This document shows, in pieces, positions 9,501-18,505 of a DNA stretch of 64,000 nt (the stretch's first letter is position 1; every line of letters begins with the position of its first letter). The position numbers were made by a program, and so were the translations under genes. The notes under the pieces were generated by a model, which had not been told where the DNA came from, ran no database searches, and worked only from the letters and a program-made list of their open reading frames with translations. The DNA is from a virus, in IMG/VR virus record IMGVR_UViG_3300021476_000423, positions 42,908-106,907 of that record; one strand, 5' to 3'.

Positions 9501-11632
9501 TATGCCAACACCGTTTGGCTTGCTGGCATAATCTTCTCCTTCTTGTATTTGCTAACCTCTTCAATTACACCAAGTCTCCACATGAGGGGGTCTAACTGAT
9601 GAGATACATACCAAGAGTAGTCAATCTCGCCCTGTTGAACCAGATTGATGAGTTTAGGTATTGCGCCCCTAGTCATATAGTATTGCACCACACCATACTC
9701 TACCATATCGGTGGGAACCCATCCTGTCTTCATGGCTTCTTTGAGCGCCTTAACGTGCTGTGGCGTTCCTATCCGCCGCATCTTCCCGTCCTTTCCCTTC
9801 CTCATGCCCCCATATTCATCCACATCCTTCCCCATGTGTTTCTCCATGACAAGTAGAGGGTCGTAGACTCCTGAGAAGAGTTTGTCCTTGGTGTCTTCAT
9901 AGAAAGCCATGATTTGTTCCTTGGGGGTCTTGGTCACTAGGAACCGCTTTATGGCATCCTGTGTCATCCTTGCCAATTCGCACCAATCGCCCCGCAAACC
10001 TTCCATACCTGCTTCTTCAAATTTATCCACAACCTCTCCCGTTTTGTCAATGTGGACAATTCCAAAGTAACGCTTTTTGGCCTTCTCACCTTTGGCCGAC
10101 TTGGGGAAAGTTATGAGTGACCAGAAGTTCTCCCTCCCGTAGACGATGTTATCCACATTGTAGGTCTTCCGAACATACTCATTGATGAGGTCACGAATGG
10201 TGTCGGCCTCATCCATCGTTCCCACTACAAAGCAGGAATCTGTGTCCAGATAGAGAACCGTATAGCCCAATGAGGTAAGAAATTCCTTAACGTGAGTCTC
10301 AATATCCCTGCCGTGGAAAGTCACACTATCTGCTACTTCGACAGATTTGAAACGATAGTAAGATGAGGCAAAGATGCCATAGAGAGCATTGACCGCAATC
10401 TTGTAAGCCCATTTCTCTATCTTATCTTTGGCGTTCCGTTTTCCATAGAGAAGTTCCATGACGATTGGCTCAATCAACTTGAACTTACCCAATGGGGCCA
10501 ACTTCCATGCCAATAGAATATTGGGGTATAGTGAATCAACATCATACTGTAAGACGTTCTCGAAGGTTCCCATGCGAAGGATGTCCACCAGACCGCCCGG
10601 ATATTTGGGCCTAGTCTTGTAAGCCGTTTTACAGGGTAAAACCCACCCTATTTGGTGAGCATACTTGAGAAAATACTGGTCTAATACTGGTGTAATAGTA
10701 ATCATCTGTTTGAGGGGATGGACTCCAAAGATTTGGTCAGGAAAGACATGGCCCTGTTTGGCTAACTGTGTCATCACACGACTATACTCCTGTTTCTCAT
10801 CTATCTTACCAGTGAACTCAGCATCCCATAGCACTCTCTCCTGAAGTTGTTCGTCTGGTAGTGTGCTAAGTCGAGTATTGACAAAAGGTTTCCTCTCATC
10901 GAAAAGTCGTCTTGCCACCTTACCAAGTGCCCACTGACTTCTGAAATTCTTGCTCATGAATCTGTAGGCCAATGAAATGTCTGCAAACCGAGTTTGAGAG
11001 AAGTCGAACTTGACCTTATTGTAGGCTAGTCGCTTGGCAAAATAGGGAACGTCCCACTCTTTGCTATTCCAACCCTTCATGAGAGCAATCTTGTTCTCGG
11101 TGATAAAGTCGGTTGCCCCTTGTAGAACCTTGGCTTCCGAACTCTCTGTTCCCTGTTGAGTGATAGGATTGTATGTCCACGCATATCTTTGGCCTTTGTA
11201 AACTATACCAATGGCTGTGATTGGTTCGTTAGCGAGTTCAGGATTGGGCCTTCCACTGCTATCATCTTCCTCTGTATCCCAAGAGGCTTGATTCGGATAG
11301 TCGTCGCAAGTCAAGTTCTCGTCTAACATCCACACTCCAACATACTTTTTGTCGGCTTCATAGACGCTGATGGACTTGCTCTCAGCATAGTTACGAAAGT
11401 TCTTTACCTGCCCCGGAACATTGAACAGATACTTTTTGGTTGATTCCTCAGTATCGAAGGTGCGAAGGTCTACCCTCTCGAATTTGGCGGCAGTATTGAG
11501 TTCTCGGTTGGCCGGAATGTAGCAGTAGGGTGGAATAGGGTCATTGATGATTTCCATTTCGCCATTTCGCCAAACCTTCATTTTGACCCTGTTACCATCA
11601 ATGATGTAATTGGCACTGTCGAAAGGAATCAT
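9500..11632 (-). CDS. polB: Family B DNA polymerase with 3'-5' exonuclease
   Basis: ExoI WDTEE, ExoII GWNSKEWD, motif A DVDSLYP, motif B KIAVNALYG, motif C YLDTDS; ATG at 11632 (ATGA overlap) preferred over GTG 11653. Confidence 0.95.
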   Translation of the reverse strand: MIPFDSANYIIDGNRVKMKVWRNGEMEIINDPIPPYCYIPANRELNTAAKFERVDLRTFDTEESTKKYLFNVPGQVKNFRNYAESKSISVYEADKKYVGVWMLDENLTCDDYPNQASWDTEEDDSSGRPNPELANEPITAIGIVYKGQRYAWTYNPITQQGTESSEAKVLQGATDFITENKIALMKGWNSKEWDVPYFAKRLAYNKVKFDFSQTRFADISLAYRFMSKNFRSQWALGKVARRLFDERKPFVNTRLSTLPDEQLQERVLWDAEFTGKIDEKQEYSRVMTQLAKQGHVFPDQIFGVHPLKQMITITPVLDQYFLKYAHQIGWVLPCKTAYKTRPKYPGGLVDILRMGTFENVLQYDVDSLYPNILLAWKLAPLGKFKLIEPIVMELLYGKRNAKDKIEKWAYKIAVNALYGIFASSYYRFKSVEVADSVTFHGRDIETHVKEFLTSLGYTVLYLDTDSCFVVGTMDEADTIRDLINEYVRKTYNVDNIVYGRENFWSLITFPKSAKGEKAKKRYFGIVHIDKTGEVVDKFEEAGMEGLRGDWCELARMTQDAIKRFLVTKTPKEQIMAFYEDTKDKLFSGVYDPLLVMEKHMGKDVDEYGGMRKGKDGKMRRIGTPQHVKALKEAMKTGWVPTDMVEYGVVQYYMTRGAIPKLINLVQQGEIDYSWYVSHQLDPLMWRLGVIEEVSKYKKEKIMPASQTVLA

Positions 11633-11766
11633 ATTTGAACTATACACCCACAATCAAGACCCAATTGAAGAGGAAATCCAAGCCAATAACTCATTAGCAT
11701 CCGATACCCATGTTCTGGACACTTGATAAGATTCCATCCTAATTTGTCTTGATTTGCTAACTTCAT
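11629..11766 (-). CDS. 45-aa microprotein MKLANQDKL...CPEHG...CGC (not in ORF track)
   Basis: Hand translation; ATGA overlaps at both ends fill the gap exactly. Confidence 0.7.
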   Translation of the reverse strand: MKLANQDKLGWNLIKCPEHGYRMLMSYWLGFPLQLGLDCGCIVQI

Positions 11767-11948
11767 AGTTCCCACCTACAGTTGCAGGACAGATACAGCG
11801 TAATTCTGATGCAACCACAATCTTCATTCACCCAAGTAACCTGCAAAACGTCTTTAGTGCCATGTGTTGGACAAACTGCTTTGAAGCCACCAACTTCTTT
11901 GGAGTTGCTTGCCTCATCTAGTTCGATTTGATTCGCAAGGTCAGACAT
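11763..11948 (-). CDS. Microprotein MSDLANQIEL...CPTHG...CGC..CNC
   Basis: Resembles 11629..11766 (CPxHG and CGC). Confidence 0.65.
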   Translation of the reverse strand: MSDLANQIELDEASNSKEVGGFKAVCPTHGTKDVLQVTWVNEDCGCIRITLYLSCNCRWEL

Positions 11949-12378
11949 CTTGAATCACCATTCTAATGATTTCGTAGAGGTCGGGGTCTGACTGCTCTAA
12001 AGTCTCCAAACGTGGCGGCATCAATCCAGCCACTCTAGCGTGGTCAACCATCTGAGGAATGGACTCTAGGACTTTGGTGCATGGGGCCAACTCGTGACAT
12101 TGCTCAAAGTAATCTTGACAATACTTGATAGCATCGTCAGGCGAGACCTTGAGAACGGAGATGAAGTAGGGGGCTATCACAAGCCACAATAGTCGCATCC
12201 TGCCGTCTCTGACGGGGTGCATCAACAGTTTAGGAATGTAAGCATAACTCGTAGGGTCTCCGCCCGGAAGACTTGGCGAATGCTCCTGCTCTGACCTCTT
12301 GAATTGCGCCATAAAGGTCTCAACATTGTATTGAGCCTTCGTTTTGTCGTCCATTGACAAAGAATCGGAAGAGGCCAT
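11941..12378 (-). CDS. priX: PriX-like non-catalytic primase subunit
   Basis: DGRMRLLWLVIAPYFISV...GLMPPRLETLEQSDPDLYEII resembles the PriX pattern (DGRKR...YL.NV...GL.P..L..I...D..MY). Confidence 0.7.
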   Translation of the reverse strand: MASSDSLSMDDKTKAQYNVETFMAQFKRSEQEHSPSLPGGDPTSYAYIPKLLMHPVRDGRMRLLWLVIAPYFISVLKVSPDDAIKYCQDYFEQCHELAPCTKVLESIPQMVDHARVAGLMPPRLETLEQSDPDLYEIIRMVIQDV

Positions 12379-12390
12379 ATTAAGGATTCT

Positions 12391-13377
12391 CTACTCTTTC
12401 TTGGCCTCTTTCTGAACAGCCTTTACTGCCTCTAGTTCCTTCTTGTCAGTATTCTGGAATCCTTGGTCGGTGATAAGAAGTGGTAACTTGTATCCATACT
12501 CTGGCAGATTGGGATACCTTATTACTACCAACTCTCTCGAACCGTGGGGCGAAGTCATCTTCTTGAAACCGAAGAGGACTTTGTGAGTATGGCCAATGGC
12601 TTTGCCACCCTTCTCCTTCAGAAAATTCTCATCCATAAAAGAGAACATATTGGTAGGGTCATAGGAAAGATGGTTGGTCGTGAAGACATAGATGGGTTTG
12701 CCAGTCTTGGCCTTTCGCTTGGCACATAACTCTTTGACGGTGCTGAAGAAAGCCTCTTCGACTTGCGACCTGAGACCCAAGTTCTGTCGGCCCCCTGACG
12801 CAAGAACATTGAAGACCGTGATAGAGTCGAAGACCACATATCGGATGTCCTTCTCATTGATAAGTTTGTTGAAAGCAGAGTTCTCAGTATCGACCCTTAT
12901 GGTCTTGAACTCGAACTTCGCTCCCTTTTGTTTCTCTTCAGCCTTCTTGTTGGCCTCTTCCTGACGCTTGGTTAGGTCTTCGGTAGATTCGCCCTTTTGA
13001 GGCTTCAGTGACTTTGCTTGTGCTTCTGGCGCTTCTGAGATGATGACCTTCCCATAGACTCCTATGAGAGCCAACATCTCTTCGACATTGGGGATGTATT
13101 GATAATGGACAACAGGTTCCACACCATACTTCTTGGCAAAGATTTCTTGCCACGGCTTGTGTGGCTCCATATTCAACTCATTGTCCTTCTCGATTTCGAC
13201 GGTGAACATAAAATCGTCTGGCTCTTCAGTGTCGAAGTAGGCAACCTCGCCGCCCTCTTCCTTTACAATCAGATATCCTTGCTCATAGGCAAAGAGACTT
13301 TTGCCAGCCTGTTTCATGCCACACGCACCTGTGATAACCGATGAAGGCATGGGTAGATTGGTTTTGAGAAACTTCAT
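12391..13377 (-). CDS. RecA/RadA-superfamily ATPase
   Basis: GMKQAGKS, YFDTE, VVFDSI, TNH, GGKAIGH motifs. Confidence 0.8.
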   Translation of the reverse strand: MKFLKTNLPMPSSVITGACGMKQAGKSLFAYEQGYLIVKEEGGEVAYFDTEEPDDFMFTVEIEKDNELNMEPHKPWQEIFAKKYGVEPVVHYQYIPNVEEMLALIGVYGKVIISEAPEAQAKSLKPQKGESTEDLTKRQEEANKKAEEKQKGAKFEFKTIRVDTENSAFNKLINEKDIRYVVFDSITVFNVLASGGRQNLGLRSQVEEAFFSTVKELCAKRKAKTGKPIYVFTTNHLSYDPTNMFSFMDENFLKEKGGKAIGHTHKVLFGFKKMTSPHGSRELVVIRYPNLPEYGYKLPLLITDQGFQNTDKKELEAVKAVQKEAKKE

Positions 13378-13411
13378 TGACGAACCTTCGATTGCAAGGT
13401 ATAAAAGGATT

Positions 13412-13666
13412 CTACTTAATGTAGAAGGTTTCGTCAGGATTGGGTTTTTCTTCGCCTTTCATCGCCTCTTCAGTTTGTTTGATGAATTCGTCAAAATTGT
13501 GGGCGTGGAGCATCACCATCTCCAAGTCGGCCTTATAGTTGGCGAGTAGAATACCAGTCTTGCGATTTTGGTCTTGAAGAAGACCCTTCATGCCGATGAG
13601 CAATAGTGTCTCAAACAGAAGGACGGCGGCGAGAACGCCAATTGCGGTAGGTTCAATCCAAGACAT
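13412..13666 (-). CDS. Small protein with N-terminal TM helix
   Basis: One TM helix plus coiled segment; own promoter. Confidence 0.55.
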   Translation of the reverse strand: MSWIEPTAIGVLAAVLLFETLLLIGMKGLLQDQNRKTGILLANYKADLEMVMLHAHNFDEFIKQTEEAMKGEEKPNPDETFYIK

Positions 13667-13708
13667 ACCCTATACCCCTTTTTAAAGCCGTAGGACTTAA
13701 TAAAGATT

Positions 13709-15196
13709 CTAGGTGAAACTCACGCCACCCGCATAAAGCGGCAAAAGAGATGGATTAAGTGCTCCTAACCACGACGCTGTTATGACATTGTTCTGAGCCG
13801 CTACTTCCCACACTGAGACAGGAGGATAGCCAAAATGCGGCAAGACGGTTTGAATCACTTCTGGTGCACCCCAAGTCACACCAAGGTCATGACTAACTTG
13901 GCACTTCATGTTTGAGAAGTTATCGGTGTAAACTACAATCAAAGTCGTTCCAACTGCGGCTATCGAAACCCCCGGACAATCACCGTTGATTGTGGGAATT
14001 GTATCAAGCAATGTTTCAGAACTTGTTGTGCCATCACCAATATTGTAGGTTATGAAGTAAATCTGACCTGCCCCCTCTCCCGGCGGTGCGACCGTCCAAG
14101 TATTGTGGGGATAAACTATGTAGGCAATGTTTCCCACAACTACTGCATCGCTAAACTGTTGAGAGAAAACTCTAGGCATATTGAAGTGACTCCATATAGT
14201 GCCTCCATCTGTCGTGTAATAGAGTGTGGATTGAGTGGCCAATTCTTCACCCCAAAATGCGATGTTGTTATCGTTTGTTTGAGAAATCACAAGTTTCGGT
14301 GCGTCGTTTGTCCATTGGAAATCGACATTGGATTGTGTAACCATTAGATTGCTAACCCCATTTTTCCATATTGCCCATTTCTGAATCCCACCACTGAATG
14401 GTGCTCCCCAAAGAGTTGCCGCCCAAAAGTTTCCAGTCGAATCTACATCGAAGGTAGGAAACTGGTAGGCATAAGGCGTGATGATGAGTTGTTCTGGTAT
14501 ACCCCATGTTATTGTTCCATCAGAATTGGGCGTTCCCCATCGCCAATAGAAGTAACGGAAGAAATTGTAGTAGAATCCGTAGTAAAAGCGATTCAAAGCA
14601 GGATAGTAGTTTACACCGCCCCCAAAGAAGGGAACATCTGCAAAACTAGCACTGAGTTGAGTTGCGGTGCTCCAAGTCATTCCATCAGGACTTGTCTGAT
14701 AGTAAATGTAGTTTCCAATGCCAACATAGAACGACCAAAAGAGACCGCTTGCAAAGAAAATCATAGGCATATCGTTTGTGTTATTGAGACCTGCTGAATT
14801 TTGGGTTTCAGCAACAAAACTGTTGGCATCTGGCACTGCTTGGAAGGGTGGGCCAATCTCAATTGCAGAGACATCTACAGTGTAGACTTGCGGCTGACCG
14901 CCCATGTGAGTGTTACCAACGTTAGTAATTTTCACATTATGACCCACACCTTCGACATCAACCAAAACCTCTTGCTGACTCTGCCATGCCCTCAATGTGG
15001 TCTCTATGTCCTCTTTGTTGACGAAATCTTGTGGAACCACTACAGAAAGATGATACTCGGTATTGAAGGCTCCAATCGGTATCATCGTATCGCTGTAGGC
15101 TTGAACTCGACTGTAGAGCCTACGTTTGGCCTTTAGAGTGGCCTTGAAGTTGGCCACTTCAAGATGAATTCCGCCAAGTGTAATCTGAGTCGGCAT
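13709..15196 (-). CDS. Tail/receptor-binding protein with BNR/Asp-box propeller
   Basis: TSPDGMTW, TTDGGTIW, SHDLGVTW repeats; at the end of the tail cluster. Confidence 0.7.
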   Translation of the reverse strand: MPTQITLGGIHLEVANFKATLKAKRRLYSRVQAYSDTMIPIGAFNTEYHLSVVVPQDFVNKEDIETTLRAWQSQQEVLVDVEGVGHNVKITNVGNTHMGGQPQVYTVDVSAIEIGPPFQAVPDANSFVAETQNSAGLNNTNDMPMIFFASGLFWSFYVGIGNYIYYQTSPDGMTWSTATQLSASFADVPFFGGGVNYYPALNRFYYGFYYNFFRYFYWRWGTPNSDGTITWGIPEQLIITPYAYQFPTFDVDSTGNFWAATLWGAPFSGGIQKWAIWKNGVSNLMVTQSNVDFQWTNDAPKLVISQTNDNNIAFWGEELATQSTLYYTTDGGTIWSHFNMPRVFSQQFSDAVVVGNIAYIVYPHNTWTVAPPGEGAGQIYFITYNIGDGTTSSETLLDTIPTINGDCPGVSIAAVGTTLIVVYTDNFSNMKCQVSHDLGVTWGAPEVIQTVLPHFGYPPVSVWEVAAQNNVITASWLGALNPSLLPLYAGGVSFT

Positions 15197-15242
15197 CTAG
15201 TAGTAGAGGGGGAGGTAGGCTTATAAGCCTTAAGATTAGGCA

Positions 15243-17198
15243 TCATGTAATGTAGATGGGCGCACACAGAAATGTCGGTGTTGCTTCAATAGACGATACA
15301 ACAAATGATGGACTCCAAGTTATTCCAAGGTCAAGACTTCGCAGATGACTCACCGTATTAGCGGCATTTGAAACATAGAAAACATCCAGTTGGGTTAAGG
15401 AATTGGTAGAGATTGTTGGATAGGTTCCTGCGGCAAGAAGAGTGGCCGAACTCCAACTGAGTGCTCCATTGTTGAACGTCCAGAAGTAGATGTTGCCATC
15501 ATTGGCGGCGGCAACAGCATACAGAGTGCTTCCCACAATCACAAAATTGGCTTGGGCAAACAATGTGGTAGGTGGCATTACAGTGTTAATGGAAGGAGAA
15601 GTCCATGAGGAACCCTGATTGTCAGACCATTGAACCACCAAATCGAAAGCATTGTTCCCTGCCACTACTATCCGATTTGAAGGAAATTCACCAATAAAAG
15701 GTGGGTAAGGTGTGAAACCCTGACTAATTGCCGAAATCGTAGTCCATACGACTCCGCCATTAGTGGATTTAGCCATCGAAAATTGTGGGCCGAGTGTATT
15801 TGTGCCAGCATAGAGAGTTCCAACGGAATCAAGGAAAATGTTGCTCTCATTTGATACGGCGAATCCTGTAGAAACAAAAAGCCAATTAGCCGCCCAAGTA
15901 ATGGTTCCATTTGAATTGAGGGTTCCTGTTCTGTAGATAAATCCCCACGCAAAAAAACCTGTCGCAGAAATAGCACAATAGACAGTCGAACCATTCACCC
16001 AAGTTGAAAGAGCATAAGGTGAGTTGGTAAGATTGATAAAACCGCCCGGAAATGGCCCCATAGAGGTTGTTGCACTCCATGTGACTCCATCCGATGATGT
16101 TGCAAAACCAAAATCAGGACTACCATCATAAAAGAAGGCCCAAGACAATCCATTTGCAAACCAAATCTTCCTCTCTTCGGCGTAGGCCGTTGGTGATGCG
16201 ACACCAGTAGCATCGATGGTAACGGGAGCATGACCTCCCTTCCAAAATCTAACATTGTCTGCTGAATCCGACCACATAACAAAACCATTCGCAAGCGCCG
16301 GAACAGAGAGGTCGATGTTTGTCTCGGTATCAGTTTTGACGATAGTGCTATTAATGTCATACAACTGCTGTTTAGTCGCTGTAACAGCCAAAGCGTCTGT
16401 GGTAGGGATAGGCTTTCCAACCCACCCTCCACCCGAAATCTTATCCACTTCAAATAGATAGCCAGTGGCTTGTTTTGTAGGAGTCACTATCTCAAGTGGA
16501 CTGGCGTTGGTAAGTCTAGAGGCCAACCAATTGTAAGTAGCGATAGAAACCTTTGGAATTATGACGGCATAGGAATTGCTTCCAATACCGAGTTGCTGAA
16601 TGATGTCAAAAGCATTGGGAATCGTTTGAGATAGAGTTTTTTTAGGTATGGTAAGGTCAAATTCCGACCCACCCTGATTGATGTAAGCCATACTTCCGAG
16701 AGCAACATAATCAACATACATCTTATGGTTGGCTTGCATTTGAATGCCATAAACAGTTTGAGGAACGATGATAGAAAGGGAAAACCACTCATACTGAGTG
16801 CTAACGGGTGTAACTGTAATGGTCTGAAAAGGAGTGCTTGTATTATCGAGAAATTGAATGGTCAAAGTAGCACTTGCGGCACTGGCCGTTCTTGCTCGCA
16901 CTCTCAATAGAGCGATTTGATTAGCCGGAATACCCACTTGGAAATTGTGTCTCGCATATCCTACCTGACCTTCAGGAAGAATGAGTTCATCTCCATTAGT
17001 GATGATGGGACTTGCTGTTGGTGCAAAAACCCCTTTAGTAGTTATTGTGTCATTCGCAAAAGTGATAGTCTGAAAGGAACTTCCTACCGTAGAGGGGATA
17101 TTGGTATCCATCCAACCAATGGTCTGGTCAGTCATACGGAAAGAATCTTCCTTCCAAGTGAGCCATCTTATTTCAAGTCCGAGAGGAGGATTGGTCAT
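15243..17198 (-). CDS. Tail/receptor-binding protein with BNR/Asp-box propeller
   Basis: SSDGVTW, STNGGVVW, SDNQGSSW, SLDLGITW repeats. Confidence 0.7.
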   Translation of the reverse strand: MTNPPLGLEIRWLTWKEDSFRMTDQTIGWMDTNIPSTVGSSFQTITFANDTITTKGVFAPTASPIITNGDELILPEGQVGYARHNFQVGIPANQIALLRVRARTASAASATLTIQFLDNTSTPFQTITVTPVSTQYEWFSLSIIVPQTVYGIQMQANHKMYVDYVALGSMAYINQGGSEFDLTIPKKTLSQTIPNAFDIIQQLGIGSNSYAVIIPKVSIATYNWLASRLTNASPLEIVTPTKQATGYLFEVDKISGGGWVGKPIPTTDALAVTATKQQLYDINSTIVKTDTETNIDLSVPALANGFVMWSDSADNVRFWKGGHAPVTIDATGVASPTAYAEERKIWFANGLSWAFFYDGSPDFGFATSSDGVTWSATTSMGPFPGGFINLTNSPYALSTWVNGSTVYCAISATGFFAWGFIYRTGTLNSNGTITWAANWLFVSTGFAVSNESNIFLDSVGTLYAGTNTLGPQFSMAKSTNGGVVWTTISAISQGFTPYPPFIGEFPSNRIVVAGNNAFDLVVQWSDNQGSSWTSPSINTVMPPTTLFAQANFVIVGSTLYAVAAANDGNIYFWTFNNGALSWSSATLLAAGTYPTISTNSLTQLDVFYVSNAANTVSHLRSLDLGITWSPSFVVSSIEATPTFLCAPIYIT

Positions 17199-18464
17199 TT
17201 ATGGAGTCACTTCTATGATAGTGTATGCAGTAGCAGTAACACCATTGTTGTCTGTTCCGATAAGTTCGAACAAGGCTCTATAGCCAGCCGCCGCCCCGGT
17301 AAGTTCAATGTAAACAGGAATCAAATCTGAGGCAAATGGAGTGTCCCTTGTGTATGTTCCTGCTGGAATCACAAAGTCAACAAAAGTGTTTAGAGGAGTT
17401 CCATTAATCGTAGAAGTGGCTTGATTGATAATACTATGAATATCGGATGGAATTTTGAAGGAAATATGGATGTCGGCAGGTTGCGAGTATGTAGGTTCAA
17501 GCGGATAATATTGGAAACCCAACTGCACATTAGGTGGAGCCGCCGATGCCGATAAAGAGACCTTGTTGGTAAATATCTGAGTCTGATAGCCAAGAACCGA
17601 ATCCGCCTCAGACGCGGTATGGGTAAACAATAATGCACCAAAAAGCACAATATGGTCTGCAAAGACTCCTGTGACTGAGTTGATTTCGTCTCTTGGTGTT
17701 CCACGGCCAATTTCTATCGTCTGGTCTATCATGAACCCTTGGACATTATCCACATACAAATTGAATGTGCCATTGTTACTGTCGGCATTCACAAACGTTG
17801 ATTGTGTTGGAATTGTTGGCGTAGGATTGTGAGTTACCTCATAAACTCCTAATCCATACTGTGCCGCACTCTGAGAGACCACCAAAGTAAAACTGCAAGC
17901 CGCAAAAGAATTGGTAAGTGGGTCATGAGCATAAATATTGACTTGATAGGATGGAGGATGATTAGGACTAATCTTACCACCAGTGTTTTGTGGATTTATC
18001 CAAAGTGTTTGGAAGTTCGTAGCGACATAGGTATTGAGTGAATTGCTAACATTCGGAGTAAGCATAAAAGGAAGAGTGGCTTTCCATCCTTCGTTGGTTC
18101 CATCCCACACTCCTTGCACCCAATTGAGATGGGTTGACCCTATAAGAATAGGTAGAGGTGCACCATCGGTTGGCACAGTTGTCGCATCTGCCGGAGAAAG
18201 ATTGGGGTCTACTGTAGTGTCAATTTTCTTAATGAAAAACGACATCGTAAGAGGATTATTGAATCCTTTGATTGCAGAGACGTATATTGTGACGCTATCC
18301 TTCGTTGTAGTGGTTTGAGCATTTTTAGTAGACTGAAGGGTGCTTGAAGGGGGATTAGGTTCGGAGGGGGGATTGGCCGGAACCGTGTAGTTTTGGGGCA
18401 CTTGAATGAGAGCATTATCTACCCCTATCTGATAGTCGGATGCTAGAGCCGGAACCGCAGACAT
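17199..18464 (-). CDS. Beta-rich tail/baseplate protein
   Basis: S/T/P-rich Ig-like composition; position in the tail cluster. Confidence 0.55.
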   Translation of the reverse strand: MSAVPALASDYQIGVDNALIQVPQNYTVPANPPSEPNPPSSTLQSTKNAQTTTTKDSVTIYVSAIKGFNNPLTMSFFIKKIDTTVDPNLSPADATTVPTDGAPLPILIGSTHLNWVQGVWDGTNEGWKATLPFMLTPNVSNSLNTYVATNFQTLWINPQNTGGKISPNHPPSYQVNIYAHDPLTNSFAACSFTLVVSQSAAQYGLGVYEVTHNPTPTIPTQSTFVNADSNNGTFNLYVDNVQGFMIDQTIEIGRGTPRDEINSVTGVFADHIVLFGALLFTHTASEADSVLGYQTQIFTNKVSLSASAAPPNVQLGFQYYPLEPTYSQPADIHISFKIPSDIHSIINQATSTINGTPLNTFVDFVIPAGTYTRDTPFASDLIPVYIELTGAAAGYRALFELIGTDNNGVTATAYTIIEVTP

Positions 18465-18505
18465 ACTGAAGTAAATACCCTTCTGTGCTTATTAAGCCTT
18501 CTAAT

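Noticed and set aside
13709-17198. Diversity-generating retroelement acting on the receptor-binding genes
   Set aside because: No reverse transcriptase and no near-identical template/variable repeat pair in the window
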